Assembly: GCA_977862235.1 (NCBI GenBank)
Contig: OZ374566.1
Location: forward strand, 558,001-622,000
Reading direction: 5' to 3'
From: Dudresnaya verticillata
Taxonomy: Eukaryota
DNA: 64,000 nt
This document shows, in pieces, positions 1 to 10,000 of the stretch. The notes beneath the pieces were generated by a model. It had not been told where the DNA came from and searched no databases. It was given only the letters and a program-made list of their open reading frames with translations. The stretch's first letter is position 1; every line of letters begins with the position of its first letter. The position numbers and the translations under genes are program-made.

Positions 1-606
1 GAGTTTGAGGCAGTGGGGCGCTTGAAAACTTCCAAGATGCGCAATGCTGCCCCATTTCTTAGAGGCGACTTTGAACCTGTGGACGACCTCGAGATGACTA
101 GCGAAGGGCGGTTGCAAAACATCCAGAAGCTAGAAAAACGGTTCTGGCCAGCATTTCGCGAGGTCGTATCGCTAAGCATCAAGCTTGGGAAGGACCCCGT
201 GCGGGAAAAAGTGGATACGGCTGCAGCTACGATAGCAGCCTTGGATGGCCAGGACCCCCAGGAAGGGACAAAGCAGCAGTCCCTGGCAGGGACGAATAGC
301 TTGTTTGTTCTGTCACCTGAGGCGAAGCAGCAGCTCTTCGAGCAAAATTTAAAGCAGGCCGCGCGCAGGGCGGTAAACTTCGAGAAGCTCGACTTTGGGA
401 CCGATGTGAGTGATGAGATGGTCATCCGTCGAGCAGTTGCGTTGTCATTCGCAGGATGGGACTTCTTTCCGTCGCACCACAGTCTGCGCCAACGTGCTAT
501 TGAGGAACGGGACACAATCGTGAGACTATCCAATGTCGTCAATGGCCTCGAACAGCAAACGAAGAAACTCGCAGCAAAGCTTGCAGTCGAAAATGCCTTC
601 TTGTAG
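1..606 (+). CDS. 3' part of a hypothetical protein, probably truncated by the window start; C-terminal coiled coil
   Basis: Frame is open from base 1 to TAG at 604-606; helical/coiled-coil-like tail (LSNVVNGLEQQTKKLAAKL); no recognisable family. Confidence 0.6.
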   Translation, partial: EFEAVGRLKTSKMRNAAPFLRGDFEPVDDLEMTSEGRLQNIQKLEKRFWPAFREVVSLSIKLGKDPVREKVDTAAATIAALDGQDPQEGTKQQSLAGTNSLFVLSPEAKQQLFEQNLKQAARRAVNFEKLDFGTDVSDEMVIRRAVALSFAGWDFFPSHHSLRQRAIEERDTIVRLSNVVNGLEQQTKKLAAKLAVENAFL

Positions 607-1647
607 TAAACCGTAATTCTAGTCTATGCTCTCGTCTCACGCACACTTGCTAAAGTTGCCAGCTAAGGTGAGTTGGAACAGTTGAACAGTGTACGCAAAA
701 GCCAGTCACTAGCCCTTGTAGTATAGTGTCACCTCTGCCAAATGCATCTGACGTCCTCGGAAGGGCAAACAAGTCCGCATAGGTTATCCCATATGTCTAA
801 TGCTCTCCAATTTTCGCCAAAATCATGGTCTGTACAAAGATTCTCTATGCTGACATAAGAGCACCTCAGAGCAAATCTTTGTTTATTTCTCTGATGAGTT
901 GAACAGAAAGAAGCGCCGCCGAAAAGGCCAAGTAGAAGGCAAAGCTGCTGCTCAGCTTCGTAGTAACTCGCGTGCTAGGACTGGATAAAGCTGCTAACAC
1001 AATGTAGCCTGGGACAGCTGCTGCAGAACAGCAGGAAAGAGTCGGCAACTCACGCGCAACAAAACTCAGAACAAGCAGAGAGGTCCGGGGCCACATTTTA
1101 ACTGGATCAAACTCTGAACTGCAAAGCACCCTCAGTATTCCATCCCACCTGAGCGTCTGCCCAATCCCTTCCGTCGCAATATTGTAGCTGAACTAGTATT
1201 GTAGCAGCCTGCCCGATGTGGAACACAGCAGTTCCCGTATTCCCGACCGGCAAACTAAAAGAAACTCACTTCAGTGCCCGACAGCCAGCTGGAAGCCTCT
1301 GTAGCATCTTCGGCGCACCCATTCGGACGCATCTGCACATCTCATGCCCACGGCCTTCAGTCGGCAATCAAGGGGAAGCCGCCAATACTCTTTGCCAAAT
1401 CAGAAGTTGTAGCACTTTTCCCGCATCAAGTGTGAAGCGCGCTCTTGCTCCAGCGTTGCGAAAAATATCTTCTCTGTGTGGTGAGGAGACGAATGTTGAA
1501 GGTCAGACATTCTGCCACCCCGTTACCGCCACACACTCTGTGTGCCGGTGCCGTTTTATAGAATTGAGATTTTATGCATTTTTGCATCGCCACTGCGGGC
1601 TATTGGTTTCTTGAGCCGCAAGTGAACACTCCGTTCCAGAGTAAGGT

Positions 1648-1952
1648 GGCACGAGAGACTCAGGAACACGAACAACACCGTATAGGGTTGCCAGAGTACA
1701 ACCCTATTGGCTCTTGCTGAACATGAGGTCGCCTCTTGCGGTTGAGAGGGAAAGGAAAGGGTGTGTACGGACGCCCGCCATGCGGGCATGGGCCAATGGC
1801 CCACCGGCCCGGATAGGATCTCTCCTGGTGAGAAACCAACTGAACGCGGCAGTGACTGGTGAGACCACACACGCAATGCAATTGCGAGACGGTGGCCATC
1901 CGTGTGTTCCACCGCGGCATGCAAACCATGGGGTATGAGCCTCTATTGTGCC
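1648..1952. ncRNA. Candidate structured non-coding RNA or fold-back element, family unknown
   Basis: Terminal pairing 1648-1662/1936-1952 encloses at least 7 short helices, e.g. ATAGGGTTG/CAACCCTAT, GCCCGC/GCGGGC, TGGGCC/GGCCCA, CGCAAT/ATTGCG, CGGTGG/CCACCG; no convincing CDS here. Confidence 0.4.
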
Positions 1953-2239
1953 TTGTGAGTGATCCCGACCGGTGCTAGATTTCACGTGTTTTGTCCCGCT
2001 ATGCAGCTCATTGGGAGACCGGGCTAGGGCAGCGTAGAGACAAGCAATTGCGATGAGCCGTCGGCGAAGCTCTAGTCGAATGCTGTGCAATACCGCTCTG
2101 ACTTCCGGCATGCCCAAATAAAGAAGGCTCCGGGATTGGTGACGAGTTGGGCGATAGCTGTGAACAGGCTCCACCTGCAAGCAACCTACAAACACGAAAC
2201 CAAGTGCAGACAGGTACCGCTCAAAGGCATCAGAGCGCC

Positions 2240-3829
2240 ATGCGTGGCATTGGCATTCTTCTCGTCAGCAGCATAGGCAGCTTCGGAATAGCCGTTTCTG
2301 CTGCCATTCTCCGAAAAATCTTTCTCAAGCCGAGACAAGCACCGGCAATTTGTGAAACAGATGAAGACACGGTTGTCTTTAGCAAATCTGGACAGGAGCT
2401 CCATGAGCCCACCACGCCTCTTCTCAAGGAACTGAGGACGGAGAGCAACCCGACGCTGTCCTATGAAGCCGACATCAGCTCCAAGAAGTACGGCGAAAAC
2501 TTTTATTCACCGGGAGATGCAGAATTTGAGAGAGCGGGTGTTTTTGACTCTCCGCTCTCCAGGGCAACCACGGATACATCCTCTCTGCGTCAGGATGCCA
2601 TCGTTCCAGATGATGATGATCGGGAGGAACACGAGTTTGGCTCTGAGCAATTTGAGGATGCTTCGCTTGAAGACAACGACAGCGAGGAGATGGAGGAGCA
2701 GCGCAACCCCAAAGCAAACATCCTTGTATTTGACGAAATATTCGCAGGCAGTAGTATTTCAGCTGACTCTCAAGGTAGTCGTGCTCCGCCAGTGGCTCAG
2801 CCTGAACCAAGCGTTCTAGAGACTAGCATTCCAGAAGCCCAGAACCTTGTCGTTGCCACAGAAGGCGTCGTTGTGCAAAAGGACTCGACCTTTGTCAATC
2901 AAGGGCCCCTGGCGCTAAACACAGACAGAGAAGAAACCAACCAGAAGCTAGCAGCTGAAGCGCAAGCAGGTGATACTCCCGATGAAATTGCAACAGTCAA
3001 GCAGGCAACAGCCCCGAAGCCGAAATATGAGGATGAAAGCGCTCCAGTCGTCGTGAAGGCGGTTTCCACCAAACCAGTGTCTTCTGATATCTTCGCTGCT
3101 CCCTTGTCATCTGGCCAAGTCTTCGAGGACCCCGTTTCCGAGTTTGCAGTGCCCTCGTCTGCAGTTGTCGTGCAAGAATCTCCCGAAAAGAAAACCCATA
3201 TCGCCAAGCAACTTCTCCCTAACGATATGCCAGCAACGTCTGCTCCCGAGTCAAAGCCTCCTACAGGACCTGCTATGGATTCTGAATCCTGCCCTGAACA
3301 GGCTACTGAAGCAGCCGTACTTAAGCAGTCGACATCCCGTTCTAATCCCACCGATGAGCCTAATCAGGTTGCCAACCCCGTCCCAAATAACGCTACGAAA
3401 CCGGGAGCACAAACTCGGGTTGAGGACAAGCCGAAAGATATGCAACCCTCTTCTTCTGCTCCAACCGGAAGACAAGCGGAGGTTGCGAAAACGACTGAAA
3501 AGGTGAACTCTTCAGTCTCTGCCCACCTGACTTCCGCAGGTGAGGACGTCCTCAACCCCAAAAAGCCTCAAGTCCCATCGACTCCGACAATGATTGTTGA
3601 GCGCCCGACCTCAGCTAAACGGGTGGTAACCATTGAAGAGATGTCACCAGAAGAGACTGAGCGTGGCACCGGAGAGAGGCTTTCACGTAGGGGCCGGGAG
3701 CTTCTATTCGGCTCCCGCCGTGCTTCACGGGCTGAATCCCATGGCGAGAAGGAAAGTGAAGGAAGGATGCGCCGGCTGTCCCAGCGAATTCTGCGACCCC
3801 TCCGCCGCAGCAATACTGCGATTAACTAG
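2240..3829 (+). CDS. Hypothetical signal-anchored, largely disordered acidic/Ser-Pro-rich protein
   Basis: Long ORF, first ATG at 2240; N-terminal hydrophobic segment GIGILLVSSIGSFGIAVSAAIL followed by RK; low-complexity body and basic C-terminus. Confidence 0.8.
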   Translation: MRGIGILLVSSIGSFGIAVSAAILRKIFLKPRQAPAICETDEDTVVFSKSGQELHEPTTPLLKELRTESNPTLSYEADISSKKYGENFYSPGDAEFERAGVFDSPLSRATTDTSSLRQDAIVPDDDDREEHEFGSEQFEDASLEDNDSEEMEEQRNPKANILVFDEIFAGSSISADSQGSRAPPVAQPEPSVLETSIPEAQNLVVATEGVVVQKDSTFVNQGPLALNTDREETNQKLAAEAQAGDTPDEIATVKQATAPKPKYEDESAPVVVKAVSTKPVSSDIFAAPLSSGQVFEDPVSEFAVPSSAVVVQESPEKKTHIAKQLLPNDMPATSAPESKPPTGPAMDSESCPEQATEAAVLKQSTSRSNPTDEPNQVANPVPNNATKPGAQTRVEDKPKDMQPSSSAPTGRQAEVAKTTEKVNSSVSAHLTSAGEDVLNPKKPQVPSTPTMIVERPTSAKRVVTIEEMSPEETERGTGERLSRRGRELLFGSRRASRAESHGEKESEGRMRRLSQRILRPLRRSNTAIN

Positions 3830-4242
3830 ATAGTAGTGCCGGGATTTGACACTGCTAGGGTATGCTCTTTGGGTGCTGTAAATGATGAGTTCTGAGTTTC
3901 GGTACACGTACAACGTGCTAACGGTACCAAAGGTAAATGCGTTTTGAATGCGTTAGTTTCGCTTCGAGACGATTTGCCGCACGAACGGGAATGATGCATG
4001 CTCGCAATCCGCGCTGTGTTTTCAAATTGGCGGAAAAGGCGATTTCGCGCCGCTCGTCGCGTGATCTGAAGCCCGAATCAGAGATCACTTGGTTGAGGCT
4101 TGACTTCGCCTAGTGCTGTGAGAAACAGCTGTACAGTCTTCAAGCCTTACTGCGACCTAACGCCCCTGTCTTTGCGGCATCCAGCGCGGTGTTGAAGACG
4201 TCGCTTTGGCGCCCATCGTCCTCACTTCCTTTTCGCCGAGCG

Positions 4243-5609
4243 ATGTCTAGCCAGCTGGCATTTTCGACAGGTGTCCCGGCGGTAGCAACGGTGAGATCTA
4301 CTTTGCATGGTCGACCACTATCATTGTCGCGACGAGGACGCCCAGTTCACGTAAGCCGTACACCGACAGGATCCCGGATGGCTATGTCTCCAGGTGGCAT
4401 CATGGAGGCGATTTCGCGCCGTGGGGTGCTCAATAACCTTATCACAGCCGGCTTCCTCGGTACAGCCTTGTGGATTTTGTTCACCCCCACCGAGAAGATG
4501 GGAGGTGTTCCGGCTGCGAAGGCAGGTTCCGCAGGTCTTGCTGACCCACAAACGGCCAAGGTTACGTCCAAGGTCTTCCTCGACGTTAGCATCGGCGATG
4601 AAAACGTCGGTCGCATCATTATTGGCCTTTTTGGAGATGATCTGCCGAAGACCGCTGAAAACTTTGAAAAGCTTTGCAGCGGTGAAATGGGCTTTGGATA
4701 CAAGGATAGCATAGGTATGTTCACACAACCTTTAGCAATTGCTCCCTTTTGGCTCGATCAGGCATAGGAGATTTTGTCAAATGTTTCCTCGACCGATATG
4801 CACAATGCAAGGCTAACAATCCCATGTGTCTTCTTACCTTTCTGGCAATAACAGTTCATCGAAGCATCAAAGGATTCATTGCGCAGGGAGGGGATTTTAC
4901 TGTATGTGGTGCCATAGCGTAAGCGTCCAACAACATTGAGAACACTTTTGACTCGTGCTCTGACTATAGACATCCCGTGTATTATTCATGTGCATGTGAG
5001 CAGAAGGGTAACGGGACCGGGGGAAAATCGATCTATGGCGCAAAATGTACGTTCCCCAACTCGGCGAAAATGCGCAAGCCAGCAAACGAGTTGAGCTATT
5101 ACTGACTCTGTGTATTCGAATCGGTCTGTATCATTTATTGAGCATCTCAGTCGATGACGAAGGATTCAAGTTTGCCCACAGCTCTGGCGGTGTTCTTAGC
5201 ATGGCAAACTCGGGACCAAATACTAACGGTACGCAGCTGCAGCAGAGTCTTGGTTTCAGAACACTGTCTTGACCTTCCAATTTCCTGACATTTGGTTTGC
5301 TTTCGTACAATGTTTCGGTGTCGATGCATAGGATCTCAATTCTTCATCACCTATAGTAAGTGATGCAGTCGTTTTCTTGCTTCTTGAACAGTACCATGCC
5401 CAGCACTTAGGTTCTAACCGTCTTGCTCTGAATGACTACTTTTTCTTACGATCATAGCGGAAACTCCGTGGCTGGATGGCAAGCATGTTTTGTTTGGTCG
5501 AGTGCTTGATGGCATGGACATTCTGCGCAAGATCGAGGCGACAAAGACTGGAGCCAGAGATCGCCCGATTGTGGATGTGAAGTTCACTAGCAGTGGCGTC
5601 CTTCAGTAG
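4243..5609 (+). CDS. Cyclophilin-type peptidyl-prolyl isomerase, probably plastid/thylakoid-lumen targeted; 6 exons
   Basis: Exons 4243-4714, 4855-4901, 5004-5046, 5151-5228, 5332-5355, 5458-5609 joined by GT-AG introns give 271 aa with [49 protein letters not shown] and [14 protein letters not shown]-terminal transit peptide, then SRR plus a hydrophobic stretch. Confidence 0.93.
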
Positions 5610-5675
5610 CTCTGTCCTTCACCATTCCGTCCTTCACCAGCTCCATTGCCAATAAAACCACGACATCAGTTTCAG

Positions 5676-5789
5676 CCTAGCTGATAGTTGCTGGTCGCCC
5701 CTAGCTGATAGTTGTTGTCGCGCTGGATTGTTCCACAAGGAATAATATGCTTCGACAATCCGACGCGACCAACAACTATCAGCTAGGGG
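5676..5789. repeat. Long inverted repeat (hairpin) with a tandemly duplicated left arm
   Basis: CCCCTAGCTGATAGTTGTTG (5698-5717) is the exact reverse complement of 5770-5789; the stem continues with TCGCG/CGCGA and GGATTGT/ACAATCC; a second copy of the arm lies at 5676-5698. Confidence 0.85.
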
Positions 5790-6209
5790 TGGGACGTCCA
5801 GAGCTTCACGGATTTTGTTTACATAGAATAAGAATGACCTACAAGGGTGCACAATGATAAAACTGAGAGGGAACATGAAGAATAGTCATGGAGCTTAAAT
5901 GGTAGAAAGCCGCATCTGTTGTTTCATGCGAAAGTGGCAAGTGCGGATAACGATAAACTGGCGTCAAGTACAAGGGGCGCAGGACCAGTCTATTTCTAAA
6001 ATGAGTTGCTTGCTAGTTCAAAGCCGAGCCAAAGGGAACTCACAGGCTTGCTTGAAACCACGCAAGGCACGCGCGAAAACAGCAAACATACTCAGCGGTA
6101 CATGCTGGAGTCACCGTTCGGTTGGAAATTTAGAATAATGTCCAGGGGCGGCAAAGAAACCCAATCATTCCGGCTACACAATACCAGTGAGTGGCATTAG
6201 AACCCAGGC

Positions 6210-7042
6210 TTAGCGACGAAGCTGTTCCATGCGCTTCTCAAGTTCACTATCCTGTTCCGAACCAGCAATCGCGGAGGGGTTGCCCTTTCCAGCCGAGATG
6301 GCACCAATCTGTGAACCGGTTTCCAGGCCGAGTTCATCCATAACATGGTTAATAACATCATCAGTCTGTGCCTCCTCGTCAGCACCACCCAGCATATCAC
6401 CCATAGCATCATCCATCATCTCCTGGGTCATCTCCATCTTTCCATGCTCCATTTCAAACTGCATCATGACGTTCTGCATGGCGGGCAAGTTCATGGACTG
6501 GTTGAGGCGGCCCATGATCTTGACGACGTTGCCCATTGCAGCGGCCATGGTCTCGTTGGTGCGCATGGTGGTAAGCTGCATGGAAACACTCTGCATCTGG
6601 GTGCGCATCTGGTACATGCGGGTGATGTTCGCGCGCGTCCGTACCAAATCCTTTGCGAGCATACGTGCAGCCTCCAACTGCCCCTCCTTTGCCGTCCGCT
6701 TGATCTGGATCTTGAGCTTCTTCTCCTGTGCCTCCATCTTGAGCCGTTCCCGCTCAAGCTCGCGACAGGCCTTGTCTATTTGCCTGCGAGAATCCAAAGC
6801 AGCACGCACGAGCACGTAAGCATCGTCAAAAGGTGCGGATCACCGCGGTCAGCAGGCGCTTGATGCAAACCTGGCGCTCGACGCGACGCAACGCAACGCG
6901 ACGCAACGCAAAGACAAGGGAAGAACGAAACAAGCGGAACGCACCTCTGGTTATGCTTAATCTGCTGCGCCAGGGTCGGCGGCGGCGGGGCCGGGGCGGG
7001 CGGCGGGGCCATCGGCTCCTTCTTGCCGAAGAGCCAACTCAT
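6210..7042 (-). CDS. VPS2: ESCRT-III subunit VPS2/CHMP2 (Snf7 family); 2 exons
   Basis: Exons 7042-6945 and 6783-6210 (161-nt GT-AG intron) give 223 aa: MSWLFGKK...RQIDKACRELERER...AKDLVRTR...NLPAMQNVMMQFE; C-terminal MIM1-like ELEKRMEQLRR. Confidence 0.93.
6880..6910. repeat. Pentanucleotide microsatellite (RACGC)n inside the VPS2 intron
   Basis: gacgc gacgc aacgc aacgc gacgc aacgc. Confidence 0.7.
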
Positions 7043-10000
7043 TGAGATGCTTAGGAAGCACACACGCCGGGGAAGGGACAAACACGAGCGGCGCGGAGGG
7101 GCTGGCGGGCGCGACGGGGCGGGAGGAAGAAAGGCGCGGAAGCTTTCGAACGAAAGAAGGGTGCGAAATGCGGTTGTTTGCACCCGTGGTGCTGGTCCCA
7201 GCAGTTCTGAACGAAGACGATGAGGAGGGGCAGCTGTTACCGACTGTGTTGTTTTGGGCACTTTCTGGAGAACAGCGCAGGTGTAGGGCCGTTGCCCTGT
7301 TGTTGCCGATCGGCCAGCAATGATGGAGAACGGTGCTTACAAAGACCTCTTTTTTCTGAAAAAAAGGGTCGCTGTAAGCTGTAAGCAATGCATTGCTGGG
7401 CCCACAAGTTTTCAATTTTTCCAGCCATTCTCACCCCTGTTGGGCAGTCTCGCAACAACGGGTGGTGCAGTGGTCATACGACCGCGGCAGCATTGTTGAC
7501 AATGGAAGCTTGCTTTTCCACAACACAGGTCTTCCCAGAAAACTGGTCCCCCGTCGCGACTTCGGCTCCGAAGAAGAAATGGAACATGTTTCTCTGTGCC
7601 ACGCGCACGGACACACATCGACAGGGAAGAGCCCCTTCTGTCCACATTCGCCTCCAGTAGTTGCGTTGTACGCGCGCATGTGTTTTGGACCCTCATGATG
7701 GGCCTATTCCACGCTTTTTCACTTTCCACTGCAGTCTATCGTTCCTCTCCTTCAGCCTGACTGCAACAATATATCGCCCCAGTGGGTTTGGATCGGTCGT
7801 GAGCTTGACACTGCCAGGCTAGACTAAGGACTGACTCAGCACATCAGCCTTTGTCCTTCCTGAGGCAACGAAAAACATGAAGATGAAAAATCCACATCGC
7901 TCGCTAATGGGCCTTAGTCGCCCGCGTGAGACCACCTTAAACAACCAGTAAAAGTTTACCATCACATCGCAGTGGCGTCAAAACGTCAAAACATGCTGCC
8001 TGTCAACTTATCAAAAGAAGCGTGGCAACCAAACGAACAGGGCAATCGCTCAGGGTACTTCAGAACCAACCGCAATGCGCTTTTCGGCATGTTCTTCTCT
8101 TGAACAGATTGTCCATAGTAGAACCCAAGCAGGATCCGTTTTACGCCGAGCATCTCCTGAGCACCCAAACGACACCTTCTTTCCACCCCTTCAAGAGTTA
8201 GTGTGCAGTAGATACTTATCTCTGGGGAGGCATATAAAACGATGATATCATCACTGCTCAAAAGATCAACTTCTCTCCAGCCGGAATATTTGTCTGTGTT
8301 TAGAGAGCGACTTTTTCCGCTCCCACTATTGCAGTCTACTTTTCCCAGGTTTGGCCCCAATGGCCCAGAACAACCCACTTGACGGAAACAAGAAACACCA
8401 CTGCAACACGAGCCTGGAATGAACGTAGTCTTGTTTCATGCAGTTTTATATCACGATTCTACGTGCTCTACCCCCGCTACTTGCAGTCCTATAGAAAAGA
8501 AAATTCTGTGCATATTTCAGGTAGAGCTGCACGCCTCATTTAGTACCCTTCGAAGGTTGCGTTTTGACGTAGAACTGAGAGCAAGCTCTCGCGCTCCTCT
8601 ATAATTATTGACAGAAAGTCGGTACTATTGCTACTTCAGAATGCTGAAAGTAGAGCGCGTATCGAAGTAGAGCCACTCTTGGGCTTGGGTGCCCTCAAAC
8701 TAACCGCAGGAGGTTGTCATTGGTTGTGAGAGTTGACAAAATCTTATCGCCTTGTGGGTATGAAGAACAGTTGATATGTCGCATGGTCAGTACTTTACTT
8801 ATCGGTCTAGCGCTAGGAGACTTCCTTCAACGGAGTCGTCCCCACGCACCTCAATGCACTTCAAACCTCATGCTGCATCCCTCGTATGTTTATTCGACGG
8901 TGCACAAAGCGAAGAGCTTGTACACAATCATCCACTTTTCAGAGACCAGAAAATCGCATCTCCATTCGGAGCCTTGCTAGGTGTTTCGTGCAAAAGAAAA
9001 CATTAATTGTACAGCCGGTTGATCTTGGCTCTCGTCACACCTTCGCATGACCGTGCCTTCTCAAAGTAATGTAGACGTTACTTGAAATTTATTACATAAG
9101 CAGAAGATTATGGCAACGCATAAAGGCTGCAGAGAGGAAATCTCTTCTGTTCTGTATCGAGCCTCGTCTGACAGGCTTTTAGGAGTTGGGCAGCTGCTAG
9201 TTCTGCAGCATTTAATTCAGATGTACAGTAAGAATGTTGCGGGTTTGTATTTTTGTCACAATTGCAGTCCATTAGCATCTTTTTGACCTTACTTGACATT
9301 GTATGGGAATTATGAACATAATGCCTTGCAGAGGTTAACGTGGCCGTAAATATCTACTAGTTTTGTTCGTAGTTGAATTGCCAAACGGGGATCTCGAACA
9401 ATGATGAGAACTATCCATCTTATTCCGTTAAAAGACACAACCTTCCCAATGGTCCCGAGCTTCCACCAAATGATATGTTTTTATGGGCAATGCTTTTTCT
9501 CTGAAAGAAACAAAAAACCTTCATGGTGTGGTCTGACGTCGCAATGCCCGTCTCTGCCATGTATCTACTAGAGAGCCAAATTTGGGTATCAGAAGTAAAA
9601 TAGTAGAACGAATGTAAATCGTTGTGTCTAGTTCAATGGGAACGCTTCAAGTGTGCGTGCATAGTGCCATATGCTCTTTTCCCTGATATAATTGCATGAT
9701 CAGTGAGTTGTAAACATATATATTCACCCTTTGCATATTCCAACAGTTTTAGAAGAAGGTGGACCTTTATCGAATGTGGTCGAAAGCCGACGAATGGGGC
9801 AGTTTTAGAAACACGCAATTGCACTTAAATAAGACAGAAAAAGTTGCCCGCAATATATAGGATGAAGGCGTGATTTGGGTCGGCCTTGGGAGATCAGTGC
9901 TGTTCTGGGATCATTCTCTATTACATGATTATTTCTATTCTTGTAAGGGAAGAGAGTCTAGACATGCCTGCGAATTCATCTCGATAGAAATGCTGCCAAA

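Noticed and set aside
730..1129. Short minus-strand open frames between the first two genes
   Set aside because: No ATG or splice model and no recognisable motif
1900..1935. AAACCAT resembling the snR30/U17 m2 motif
   Set aside because: The m1 motif (ATATTCCTA) is poorly matched and there is no ACA box at the expected distance; the region is kept only as an unassigned structured element
6229..6819. 196-aa plus-strand ORF, and similar long antisense ORFs over ACLB, P5CR and the Pro-rich gene
   Set aside because: Shadow frames opposite well-supported genes; no protein-like motifs
7986..8378. ORF containing SDDIIV, reminiscent of the reverse-transcriptase YxDD region
   Set aside because: The Y/F-x-DD context and flanking RT motifs are absent; too weak to call
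9907..9921. GGGATCATTCTCTAT resembling U3 snoRNA box A
   Set aside because: No upstream GAC/box A' and no ordered C', B, C and D boxes
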